A stretch of DNA of 63,571 nucleotides, the filler included, from Reclinomonas americana ATCC 50394 (lineage: Eukaryota), in assembly GCA_048213135.1 (NCBI GenBank). It is 18 parts of 18 records of this genome, joined end to end, with 100 filler letters (N's around TTAATTAATTAA, not from the genome) between each part and the next. Parts side by side here need not be neighbours in the genome. Positions count along the whole stretch, not along the records: positions 1 to 7,187 come from AFZH01022629.1; positions 7,288 to 15,962 come from AFZH01022630.1; 16 more parts are not named here. One strand, written 5' to 3'. The notes beneath the pieces were generated by a model. It was not told the origin of the DNA, searched no databases, and saw nothing but the letters and a program-made list of their open reading frames with translations. The translations under genes and the position numbers were made by a program. Below are positions 1-12,200 of the stretch, one piece after another. Position 1 is the stretch's first letter. Each line of letters starts with the position of its first letter.

Positions 1-197
1 TTGACGAGGATGGCGAGCCCAAGGACGAGTAAGCAGCGCGGCTGAGGCACGCACGCAGCCGCAACAACGATGGGGGGTACATGTAGTAGGATGTGCTCCA
101 CAAAACAACAGCAACAACGACAACAAAACAATGTACACGCATACACTTCACAAAAGCGGCAGGACTCACTTCCATTCACGTGTGTTCGGAGCAAGGG

Positions 198-1865
198 ATG
201 CGATTGTCGTTGTCTCTGGTGGCGATTGTGTGTGTGTGCGTCGCTGCAGCACTGGTGCTGGCCACACCAGTGCCCACCGACCCGCGGGTGTACCAGCAGC
301 GCAAAACCTGGAAAGTAAGTGTCACTCTCACACATAATCATCAATGCATGCATGCTGAATGATTTCTCCGATCCCCACGACGACTTGCAGTGGTGCGGTT
401 CTGGACTGGTGAGCACACGCACGCGCACGCGCTCTCTCTTTCTCTCATGTTCTCTCTCTCATCAGTTGTGTGCAGGCGGGTCTGGACGACGGCAACTGTG
501 TGAAGCGCTTCCCGCCCATGTTTGATCGCGACTTTGCGTGCCCGACGCAGTGGGATGCCGATGCGGCATTTGGAGCAGCGGCGCGGAATGTTTCACAGGC
601 GCAAGTGGATCACGTGCTGCGCGGCTTGGTAGACTCGGAGGCGTTGCTGTCGGTGACGGCCATCAAACGTCACGGTGACTCGTCGTACTCGGTGCGCTAT
701 ATGGACAACGGCAATGCCCGCGTTCCGTACCAGCCGTGGTCGTCGAGTAAGGTGCTGGCGGCCTCGGATGCGGCGGGAAAGCTGCGGTCGATCAGTCCGG
801 GCGGTCGTGTGGGATTCGATGCGGTGGAGGGCGGTGTGAACCACCGTCAGTTGTCGGACCTCGTGACGATTGTGACGAGCTACGACGAGACGCACGGCAT
901 GTCGAGTAACCAGATTGGGGGCTACTATCACTGGATCGGCGGTCATCGTTGTGTGCGGGGTGCAGTGTGCGCTGCTGCGAGGAAGGGAATTGTGAGACTC
1001 ACGGTGAGTTGCAGAGCATGCCGACGACCTGTTGCATCAGTGGATTGGGGCTGCGCCGGGCGAGTCGTTTGGGGGCAACTACGGTGCCACACCACCGGTG
1101 CCGCCGCTGTCGTACTCGAACTTTACGCAAGATGGACTTTCGGTCAATGTGACTCCCGATCCGACACCGAACCCGCTCATCCCCAACAACGTGGCGGCGC
1201 TGTCGGCGTCGGAGTGGATTCGTCGCATTGTGATGCACCGCGAAGACCCCTCGTACTTGCACCACCCCGACGGGTTCCAATGGTCAGATAGCCAGGGCAT
1301 TCTGTACGGGAGTCCCGCGTCGACCATGTTTGGTGAGGTGGCAGAAAATGACAGGCGCGCAATTCTTCTTCTCAACGCTGTTTTATTCCCTTTGTGTACA
1401 GACAGGCTGCAGTGGGGCGGAATGGTGCGTGTACGTACTTGTCGCTCTAGTGCTTGATACACAGGTCTCTCACTTGCCCTGGCCGTGGCAGTCAATGAGC
1501 TCGGATGTGTTTGTGCAGCGCAGCGTGGACATGGATGCCGTCGACAAGGCGTCTCAGGGCCAGTGGCGCATCTTCAGTAAGATGGGCTTCGGGCCCTCCG
1601 ACACTGCTGGTTATGAAATGACTCTGAACACGTACGCCTGCTTCCCCGTGCTGGATGGCAACGGCGCACCCATCAAGAATCGCGGACTGGAGGTTCGTGT
1701 TCTCCTTTTTTGGTTCTGCTTCTCTCCCGCCCTCTCACAGGCACCCAGTTTGTTTTGAGCATGTGGCTTGGAGACCCGACAGAAGACGGTGGGCGGCAGC
1801 TCGATCAGCGATTCCAGAATGCCATCAATCAAGTCACCAAGGTGCTCATGGCCACGTATTATTGA
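198..1865 (+). CDS. Secreted serine beta-lactamase/penicillin-binding-protein-like protein (multi-exon)
   Basis: ATG at 198 opens a signal peptide (MRLSLSLVAIVCVCVAAALVLA). Spliced GT-AG exons give WSSSK (737-751), SSN (902-910) and FSKMG (KMG at 1579-1587), in the order of the SxxK/SxN/KTG motifs. Stop TGA at 1863-1865. Confidence 0.6.
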
Positions 1866-1906
1866 CGGAGGATTATAAAAGCGGCCGTGCTGTTGTTGAG
1901 CTCCTC

Positions 1907-3465
1907 TCACTTGCTGGCCTGCTCGAATACCAGCGCAGGCTTTAGCTCCTTGATGTGCACCCGCTCGCCGACTCGCATCACGACGCCAGCCTTTTCGTGC
2001 ACACAATTCTGCCCAAAGATGTAGTTGCCGTTGCTGATCGCGCTGGGTACCCACACACAGATGATTAGTATTTACACACACAGTGGCGCCACCCCGACAG
2101 CACGAGGAAGAAACCGTACCGATTCTCCTTCAACCACTTGAGTGGCTGCTCGCCGAACTCACCGAGGTCCGGATTGACGGTGGTGATGCGGCAGCGCCCA
2201 CACGGCTTGACACCCCACAGCGTAACATTGCCTGCACACACACCATGAGGGGAGGACACACAGGAAACAGTTTGGTGGTTGGACGACACACCGATCTCGA
2301 ACAGCTTCCAGCGATCTTCGGCGTACGACGAGCACCCTGCCACTACGATATTCGGTCGGAAGCTACGAACACTTGAGTCAGTATCGCGGCGACAACTACA
2401 CACACAGGCGCACCATGCGTTTCCACAAACACACCGACGCATCTCCAGCTCAATCCCTGCCGGCATGTGAGTGTTCAACTCACGCAGTGACGCCTGCGAA
2501 ATGAGCAGGAACGGATACTTGTCGGCGAAGCTGGCAGAAACGCGCTGCACACAAACGGAAATGTCAGCGACTGGCTGCGCTTCGCCCCGGCGGCAGCAGC
2601 AGCAGAGTTCACCTCGATAGTGTCAATGTGACTGGTGCGTTCGTCGGTCACCGACCTCTTGTACTCGTCGGGCATGCGCACCAGACGCGCGGGCTCGCCC
2701 AAGAACTCGGTGAGCCACTTGGCCACCTCGTCGCCGCAGTCAATGCCATCTACCGAGTCGCCCCACACGCGGACCTTGTACGTGTTCACTACGCCACCCA
2801 TGCGCTCCTGCACATCGCGTTTCTCGTCCGTGAAGCCCAGCAGCACATCGCGGCGTCGCTCTGCCGGCGCCACGGTCGACAGCCACAGCTCCTGCACGAG
2901 GCACGTAAGACTCCGACACACTGGCGCGCACGATCGGCCACCCTTACATGCCTGGTTGTTGTTCTCAAACCGCGGCTGCAGCAGTGCCATGCGAGGAGCT
3001 TGACGCTGTGTGATAAACTCGTGTCGCTCGGCATGTACCACCATCCACCGGCGATCGAACTGGCGTACACGAGCTGGTGAGGTGCACGCTGTCACACATG
3101 GCCCTCTTGTACCCTCACCATGAAGCCCGTGGTGCCAATCGGCCACTCGTTGACCCGAATGCCACGCATCGACTTGATCGGGTACAAGTAAATGTCGGTG
3201 ACTGTGATCTCGGCGCCCGCGTCACTGTGCATCACGTGAGAATGTGTGTGTGTGCGTGCAGGAGGGATGCAGACGAGAGAACACGCAACGGATCAGCCTG
3301 CGCGCCTCGTCGGCGAAGCACCAGCACAATGAGCAGTGCAATCACGGCAATGGCGACTGTGTGTGCGAGAGGGGGAAAGAGAGAGATTGAGTTAAGAGAC
3401 AGACCGAGTGCAACAATGGCTGCCACACGGGAGGCACCTCCTACGGCGAGCAACACGGGATCCAT
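1907..3465 (-). CDS. MOSC-domain protein (mARC-like) with N-terminal membrane anchor, multi-exon
   Basis: Exons encode IYLYPIKSMRG, FDRRWMVV, FITQRQAPRMALL, IDCGDEVAKWLTEFLG, FADKYPFLLISQASLRELN, FRPNIVV, KPCGRCRITTVNP and FGQN, all typical MOSC_N/MOSC motifs. Confidence 0.9.
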
Positions 3466-3606
3466 TCTCACAATACAAACAAAAAACTTCCGACGCGGAC
3501 GAGAACCGAGGGACACGCATGCAACCAAATCATTTCGTTCTTTTTTAGAAACGGGATTCTCTCACAGACGGGAAGCGACGTCTTGTGTTACGTCTTTCTT
3601 CTTCTT

Positions 3607-6600
3607 TCAGAGGTCCTCATCCTCCGGAGCATCGTAGTCGCCGTAGCGCCACAAGTTGCGACGGTCGGCACGAGCGTCCTCCTCGGCGTCCGCCAGTTCC
3701 TTGTACTGCGCAAAACGCACGGCGAGTTGTGAGTCAGTCAGTCATGCCACGCACCCCACCAACCAACAGCGGGCCTGACGGACAACAAACCAGTCCCGGC
3801 AGCAAGTTCTTGATGTCCTTGTCAGCGCGTCCGAGACCCTCGCGCAACACCGTGGTGGCCAGGTCGGCATCGCGGCTGTGTCCGTCGTCGAACAGCATCG
3901 TCAAGTACATCACGTTCTCGCGGTCCAAGAACTCGACACGGGCACGCACACCGCTGCGTTCCACGAGCTGTTTGCGTCACGGGAGCAGTCAGCAGCGGAG
4001 AAACGATACAAAGAGCAAGGGTCAATCTCACCAAGTCCTGCACAAAGAGAGTCGAGTCTTGCACAAACTCCGAGTCGGCAGGTGGTGGCAACAGACCAGC
4101 AACACGCACAAAGTGCGCCGTCGTCGGCAAATCGGCCAGTTCGCTCGTGATGGTGCGCAGATCAATCACAGGCGTCGTCTCCGACTGCACAGACACGATC
4201 GTGAGCGACACTCCAATCGGCTTCCCGGCTACTCTCGTGGGGGTGCGCAACGTTGCCGTAGTCCACAAACAGCAAGTCGGCCTTGCCGCCAGCGATCTTG
4301 GTAATCTTGGCGCGGTACCAGGCACCGTCAGCCGAGAAGCGAGAGAGGCACAGCTGACCAACTCGAGGGTCGGGCAGCTGACCAGCAAGTGCACCCTCAG
4401 CATGTGCGCCGCACTCTGCTCGCAAATCCTCCAGCGTCGCCTCCAACTTGGCCACCGCAGAGTCTGCTCACCCCAAATGTCACACAGTAAGGAACACGTA
4501 CTGCGCAAAAAATCCAACAACAAGACGCACCGTAGTCCAGATTGGCGTCCAGCAAGTGCACGTACATCGAGTTGCAGCTCGGCACTTCTTGCACGCGCAC
4601 TGGAATGAACGACACATCCGTGGCCACACGCAATCCGCGCGGTCCAAATGCAGTTGCACGACCGTTGGTCTCTTGCTCGCGGTCTGGACGATCGACGCTC
4701 CACACCTGCGACAGCACCGGGTCACATCCACAGGGAAAACCAACACACGGCTGTCAAGAAAGCGCGACTCACTCCCAGCTTGGCGTTGCGTGCAGCGGTC
4801 TCGGCACCAAACATCTCCTCGCTGTAGTGGCTGCGCTCGGCGGCCGCGGCGTAGGTCTCTGCCAGACCATTCTTCAGCAACTCCGTGCTCAGATTCAGGT
4901 AGCGGTTGAAGAACAGGTAGCCGAGGAACGAGCCACCGCGGTCGACGCCCTCAATCTCCACCTCCACCTGCGAACGTAAATGAGCAACCTGCGCACGCAA
5001 GCCACACGCAAGGCACGAGCGCCGACCAACCTCACGCTGCAGCACATTCTCGCGCACAAAACTGAGAGCCTCGTCACCAAAAGGCTCTGCCTCACGGCCG
5101 CCACGGGAGAACGCAGGAACTCGGATGCCTACACCACACCACGCACGCACAGTTTGGCACGGCTACCACCACCATCATCACATGACAACCTCCCGCCACA
5201 GAACGAACCAGCCAGTGCCAGGATGATGATGCTGTTCTGGCTCGGCACGAACACCTTGAAACGTGATGCAGACAAGCAGAATTCGACCACAGCTGGTTGA
5301 CGCTTGGAGCGAGTGAAGAACGGCAGCAGCTCCTTGACCTTTTCCAAGTGCTTTCGGTTCGCGCCAGCCGACTCGCCGCGCTGTGCACCCGCTGGGTGAG
5401 ATCTCGTGCGGCGCAAACGGCACAGAGGGCTGGGAGGACGCAACAGTCGTCAGATCCTTGAAGCGGTGCTTCGGTGCCGCCTTGTTGCTGTGCAGGTTCT
5501 TGCGCTGCGTCTTGGCTCTGCACGACACACACACAGACACACGCACGCATCGCAGGTCGGCAACTGTCAACCACGCGGGAACAACGCCAGTGCAACACCA
5601 CGCAACTGCTCCTCGGCGGCCAACAGAGTATCAATGTTGCGCGAGCGATCCTCACCACCACCGTGGCGAATGACCTTGGCCAGGCCAGCACGCACCAGCG
5701 CCTCACCCACATCGCTGTAACGCCAAAAAAAGTGAGCACATATAAAAACCTACACCACACATGCGCCGCCAAAGCATCCTCACCCTTCCTCTGTGGTCAT
5801 TGTGTAGAACAGACGAGTCTCCTGCGAACGCGGTCCAGCAGGGGGAGCCGACGAAGAGCCCTCGCCTTCGGCAGCCGCCTGCGGCTTGCGGGAGTAGTCC
5901 AAGTACACGTGCACGGTCTTGCCAATCAGGCGCTTGCGCAGGAACTCCTTGGCGTCATACGAGTAGTCCTCGTCGCGGCGCGGCAGACGAATCGAGGCCA
6001 GAGCAATTCGCTTCTCCTGCTTGCCGACCTTGACCACAATCGTGTCTCCTGCAATCTCAATCACCTGCACACCCGACACGTGTTACAAGAGACGCACGCA
6101 ACGGCGCAGCGACAAAAGTGCGCCAGCAGAACCCACACCTGCGCTGTGAATTCCGACATGGAACCGGCTGGCAACGATGACACGGGCGCAACGTAGTCTT
6201 CCCAGATGCGCAGTGCACCCTCCTTGGCACGACGCTCGGCTGCCCTCAGAGCAGCAGCAAACGGCGTCTTGGCCATGTTGAAGTCGGCGCACTTGCCGAG
6301 ACCATTTGCCAAAATCTCCTCGGAGAAGGTGTGGCCGCGGCCGACAATGGAGCCCACCAGCAGATCGCGCTCGAAGCCCTCGAAGGAAATGTGCACGTCG
6401 CGCAGCAGCAGCTTGGACTCGGTGAATGCACGCGCCTCTGCTCCAATCTGCTGCAACCGCGTTGGTGCCTTGCCAGCCTCCACCTTTGCCGACGGGCATT
6501 GCACGCCGGTGAATTGCACCAGCAGCATGTAGTACTTGGTGGCGCCCTTCAGCTGCACGCGAATCAGGTTGCCACTGAGCACAGCCTCAACGCACACTGC

Positions 6601-7187
6601 AGACACAAGAGCAAGGCAATCAGTGGTGAGATCAGCGCCAGAACACACGCGCGCTCCTCACCTGGCTTCGGTGAGCCCTTGATCCGGTTGAACAACTCGA
6701 CAACCGAAGCCTCAGTGGGGAACTCAATCTGTCGCACAGCAGAGGCCAGAGCGCTCTCGTCCTTGGTGAACATGCCGAGCCCCGCAGCCTGTGCAGTCTG
6801 GAACAACTGCTCCAGGTTCTCGTAGTCACTGCGCGCGAGACAAGTGCGTGAGCGCCATGTGCACACCACCATGCACTCCGAGCACCCCAAAGCACACACA
6901 CACACGCAACGGCGAGACACGGTTCTCGTAGGGCGAGCGAACACGAGCGAATCCATTGGCGGCGACCTGCGCCACACACACGCCACGTGTCAAACAACAA
7001 AAAGGACATGTCGCGACATTTGCAAGGCAAAAGAGACAACTCACTTCGCAGGCGACATTGGTGCTTCCGTTGACAAACAGAGTGCCAAAGTCGTGACGAG
7101 CGTCGGTCTGCCAGTCGACACGCACTCGCACGCGCTGGCCCACGGGGCACAAGTGACGCAGGAACTCACGCGCAGCAAAGCCAAACG
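3607..7187 (-). CDS. SND1: Tudor staphylococcal nuclease (Tudor-SN/p100), 5'-truncated
   Basis: Repeated SNase domains (AREFL/AKEFLRKRLIGK, EPFGDEALSFVRENVLQREV, DRGGSFLGYL), a Tudor domain (RFSADGAWYRAKI...FVDYGN) and C-terminal LWRYGD. Confidence 0.92.
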
Positions 7188-7287
7188 NNNNNNNNNNNNN
7201 NNNNNNNNNNNNNNNNNNNNNNNNNNNNNNNTTAATTAATTAANNNNNNNNNNNNNNNNNNNNNNNNNNNNNNNNNNNNNNNNNNNN
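7188..7287. other. Artificial contig spacer (first of 17)
   Basis: 44 N + TTAATTAATTAA (stops in all six frames) + 44 N. Identical spacers start at 15963, 18261, 19893, 22957, 24525, 26594, 28138, 29431, 34897, 37443, 42943, 46343, 48721, 51866, 58785 and 61565. Confidence 0.98.
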
Positions 7288-7318
<31 letters not shown>

Positions 7319-7320
7319 CT

Positions 7321-9196
7321 CACCTCAAGCACTGCCACCTCAATGGGTTTTCCGTGCACGAGGCGCGCTCTTGAGAAGTCCACCTGCACTGTCTTGACCA
7401 TGACAGCAGACTCGGAGACGCCCGGCCCTCCCGATCCAGCAGCCGCAGTGGGTGGTTGATCAGCAGCAACAGTCGTCGTACCACCAGCTGCACGTTGTCT
7501 ATTTTTCTCAGACTGCAAGAGATCGACAGACCATCAGCGTCGATTACATCAATAGCGATGATGAAACAAAGGGGCACATCCACAATACCGGCGTCATCTT
7601 GGACTGATTTCGAACCAGCTCTTCAAGTGCCGCGGCGGGTGTCATCGTGAATAATCCACTGAGGTCAAGAGGACGAGACACTTCATGCAATGCCAGGAGT
7701 GCAATTCGCACCACGGTCCACGGAAGGAGTGGAGCCAAGCTGCTTTCATCAACGAGATGGTACACGAACAGTGTCGTCTGCAAATCAGCAAATCAGCACA
7801 CCGCTATGCACCACCTTGAAAACAACACGGATGCAAACACACCTTCTGCTGCGTTCCACCAACAGTTGCTTCGACAGGTACAGCTCGCATCTGCAGCAAT
7901 TGTACAGTTGCACCGAACTGCAGCCAGCCATAAACACGATGCTGGCGCAGCTCTTCGTCGTTCCGCACGCGCTTCGATCGCGCCCACAGCGCGTACGCCA
8001 TCTGCAAGAGAAGCTTGAACTTGTCCGTGTGTTGCTGTTGTTCGTTTGTGGCTTCTGCCTTGATCTCGCCGATGAGAACAGAGTTCCCTGAGTAACGCCG
8101 TCGGATTTCCAGGTCCGGTCTTGGAGCGGTCCAGCCGTACAACCAAGGAAGTGCTTCATTGCCCAGCACTTTGACAGACTCGTTCGCATGCTGCGCACAC
8201 AGATGCACACATATGCATCGTGACTGACGGCCTCAGGGCAGGACAGTGAGGTGCACTTGAACTGCTACTCATGGAGGCACTCACCAAACATAAATTCAGC
8301 ACAGCTGCTGTTGTTGCCACTCGAAGAGGCATTTCGGCTAATCCAGCCACCCCGAGCAAGCGCTGGAACAACGCCCACGGGCACCAAGAGCGGAACTCCT
8401 GGTATGGGAGCACGCTCTCCATGTTCAGCCTCCACGAACCACGTTGCACACTCACCATCGCTGGCGGTACACCTCACTGGTATCCTCACTGCAACACATC
8501 CAACAGTCAGTCACTGCGCGTGTCGAATCGAAACCACCTGAGAGCAATTCTTGCTTACTGCACCTGTTCTCGAACGCGCTCTTGATCGCCTGCAACTCAG
8601 GACATGAATCGATCTGCCAACCATCAGCGGGGAAGTCGGCTTCGCTGAGCACAATTCCAGCTTGTGCAAGGTTAGCATTGCCATCGAGGGAGAGACCCGA
8701 ATCGTTGGGAATCCAGCCTGCCACATGATCTACGACACGGCAGAGAGTGACAGTGAGCGCCGTGTGTGCAGCGTGCATGCAAAGAGTGTTGACATGATTT
8801 ACATAACGATCAATGACGTCGCGTGGGATCGCGTTCTCAAGACGGAGGTTTGAGCGCTCCTTGAACAGCTCTGTCGACACCACACACGACAACAACGTCA
8901 CAGCGTGAGTGTTGTTCGACAACGGGAGAAGAGCGGAGATGAGAGTTGGCGAACCACTTGTTGACAACTCGTCTGATGATCCTGATATGTGCGACGAACA
9001 CACACAACACAAGTGAGAGAGAGAGAGGAGTGAGAGAGATGACTGTGACTGTGCCACGACTGTGTCACACACACGCACCAGTGCGTTGTCGTTTCTGTGG
9101 CGGCTCGTTTTCACCCGTATCATCCTCAGAGGCATCCCGCGCACGCTTCCCACTCACTCCAGATGCAGCAGACTCGCCAACACTCTCATCTTCCAT
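7321..9196 (-). CDS. Hypothetical protein with PD-(D/E)xK restriction-endonuclease-like motif and NLS, multi-exon, 3'-truncated
   Basis: Starts MEDESVGES...GKRAR...PPQKRQRT, which is NLS-like. An exon near 8059-8122 encodes RPDLEIRRRYSGNSVLIGEIK, followed by KLLLQMAYAL...VYGWLQFGATVQLLQM. Confidence 0.5.
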
Positions 9197-9267
9197 GCGT
9201 ATACCAACAACTATTGAAATTTCATGTTCTTCTTTATAATTACAAGCAGCGCACACTGCGCGCAGGC

Positions 9268-12200
9268 ATGTCGCTCGTCACAAGGACGCTTGTCCCGCTG
9301 ACAGTGTTCCTCCTATGCAGCATTCATCGAGGTAAGACTCTCTCTATCTCTCATTCGCGATCTTCGTTCACCTGTTCGTATACGCTGCGTACTTGTTGTC
9401 TCCATATGCATGGCCAGTCGCCGCACAACAGTCCGCCTTCCTTCCGCGATCAAGCACAGGTGCGCGTGTGAGACCTACAACGACGACTCTCCACCTGTGT
9501 GTGTCCCATCAAGATCTCCCTTTTTTCGCCGTTCAATTTTGTGCGTGGTGGTGCTTATGCGCGAACCTCTTTCACTCACGTCCTCTGCCACTGCTGCTCT
9601 CTCAGCGGAGGCCACCATCGAGGGACTGATCACGTCAATCAACACGACAGTGCGTGAAGAACGCTTGCGCTGTGCACTGTGTGTGTCTGCGCGTGCATGC
9701 AGAGTCTGTGCGTGTCTGTGTCTCATGAGAGTGTGTGAGCATGCAGTGGGTGTTTTTCGCGGGAGCCTTGGTGTTTCTCATGCAAACCGGCTTTCTGTTG
9801 CTTGAGGTGAGACTCGAGCAAGAGAATGACAGAGAAAATACGTGGGCTGTGCAGAGTTTGGCGATCACACGATGCGCAGCACAGCAGAGTTTGCCGTTTC
9901 GAACACACACACGCTCAATCTGACACGCACAGGCTGCGTGCGCTCGACGCGGAGTGCACTTGATTGTGCTCAAGAACTACGTGAACGGCTGTGTAACATT
10001 GGTCGCCTGGTGGCTGGCCGGCTATGCGTTTGCATACTCGAGTTGCGTGCATTGAGATTTTATTAGATACAGTCTGTACTGCTTTCCTTAAATAGCTGTT
10101 CAGGTGGCAACGGGTTTTTGGGCTATGACATTCGTCATGTGTTTCAGATACCGACGAGCAAGACTGACGCGGTGGTGTGGCTCTACGGCTTTCACTTTTC
10201 CGCTACCGCAGTTGCGTACAACTGTACTAACATTCGCATACCTGCGCCAAACCATCTCACTCCTCCCTTTGTGTCTGTACGTGTGCGCACAGGGCACCAT
10301 TGTCTCTGGCGCCATGGCAGTTGCGTGACTGAGAAAGTGTGTGTGGGTAGGAGTGGGTGTTGTTTGTTCTTATTTCGCAAAACTGTTTTCCCCGTTTTAG
10401 GAGCGAACAAAGTTTTCAGTTACGTCTGCAGTCCATTTTTGTGTCTCGACTGCTTGCTCACAGGTCGTGCAGACATACCTCACTTTCCATTTCTACGTGT
10501 GCCTGTGGATCTATTCGGCTGTGGCGCACTGGCTGTGGTCGCGAGGTGCGTTACACATCATGCATGACAGAAGTAATTCGTCGGTTTCCTCCGTGCCGCA
10601 ACTCTCACACGCTGCTTGCTTGTTTGTGACTGTGCGTGTAGACGGCTGGTTGAGCGGGTGAGTGGGAGCAACAGCACGAATATCGTGAGTGTACTGACTG
10701 CGAATCTCACAGATCGGCACCCGCCTCTTCACGACCACTTGGCGGCTACTTTGTTCTCGATTTTGCGGGCGGGTGCCCTGTGCACCTGGTCGGTGGTGTG
10801 GCAGCGCTGATTGGCGCGAAGGTGATTCCCTTGCCGGTTGCTTGCTTCTGTTCTCTGAGAAACTAAATTGCACACTATTCTTATCGATGCCCCCCAGACG
10901 GTCGGTCCGCGACCCGGCGTTACATTTGAAATGCCTGTTGTCGCTCCTGTTGAACGCACGGGAGACGCATACAATGAAGGCGCGGATGCGCCGCTTGCGA
11001 TGGAAAACGTAGCCTTGGACATTGGTGGAGCGGTTTGTGAACATTGACAATCGAGAGGTTTTGCGCACGTTTACTCACTTCTTGTACTCACACGCACACC
11101 ACCGCAGACCGACTCTACGCTTGAGCTTGTGCGAGCACAGTGGACCAAGACGCAGCAGATCCACCTGGTGCTCGGCTGCTTCCTTCTGTGGTTCGGTTGG
11201 CTGGTATGTGTTGATCCTCGTCAACCGGGAGTGCAAATCGTACGCGTGCGGTGACAGTGGCGTATACTACTATCCTCGTTGCAGGGGTTTAATGCGGGAT
11301 CCACGGTGACCATTGCGCCGGGGGAAACACAGTCCACTATCGCTTCGTTGGCTGCAGTGAACACCATGATCGCGGGCTCGGCTGCCACCTTTGTGGGTGT
11401 CTTCATGCCAAGGTTGGTGCGACGCACCGACAAGCAACAAGAATAGACTTCGATCAGTTACCAGCTCAGTCTTTAAGCGCTCGATCGTCAACGCTTTATT
11501 ATCAGTTGCACTTTATGGAACCTGACAGAGAGAGAGAGAGCGCAGGGTCTTGAGCGCAACTGTTTCCACTTCTGAGAATTCATTCATACTCATTGCAAGT
11601 GTCGTTGTATGCACAGACTATTGCGTGGACGCTATGACATTGGAATCATGATGAATGCAAGCCTCGGAGGTCTTGTAGCCATCACTCCATGTTGCGTGAT
11701 CATGTATGCAACCGTGTACGGCTTGCGGCAAGTGTGAGGGAGGGAACTTATGGTGTCCTCCTCGCCGCCAATGCAGGCTGCGCGTTTGTCGAGCCACACA
11801 TGGCGGCACTCATTGGCACTGTGGCAGCATTTGTTTATCTGGGTGGCTCGGTTAGTCTTGTTTGTTGATCTCCCCTGCGATCACTTTCGATGTTTCCTTA
11901 TGCAGCTCTCTCTCTTTCTCGTCCGACGGCAGTGGCTCACTCGCAAGATGCACGTCGATGGTAGATCTTGGTGGTCTTGATAATGTACATGTCTGACACT
12001 TACACGTACTTGTGTGTCTGCAGATCCCGTCGACGCTGTGGCAGTGCACGGATGGGCAGGCTTGTGGGGTGTAACCGCCGCTGGCCTCTGCTACTCCGAT
12101 GCGCGCGTTACTGCAGGTTTAAATTAAGATTGGTTTCGGGCGTCGTGCAAACCTTTGTCATCGTTCTCGTGCTTCGCAGTGTTTGGCGTTGCTCCTGGCA

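Noticed and set aside
7232..7243. Recurrent TTAATTAATTAA palindrome flanked by Ns
   Set aside because: It is an identical synthetic all-frame-stop linker at every contig join, not a biological motif.
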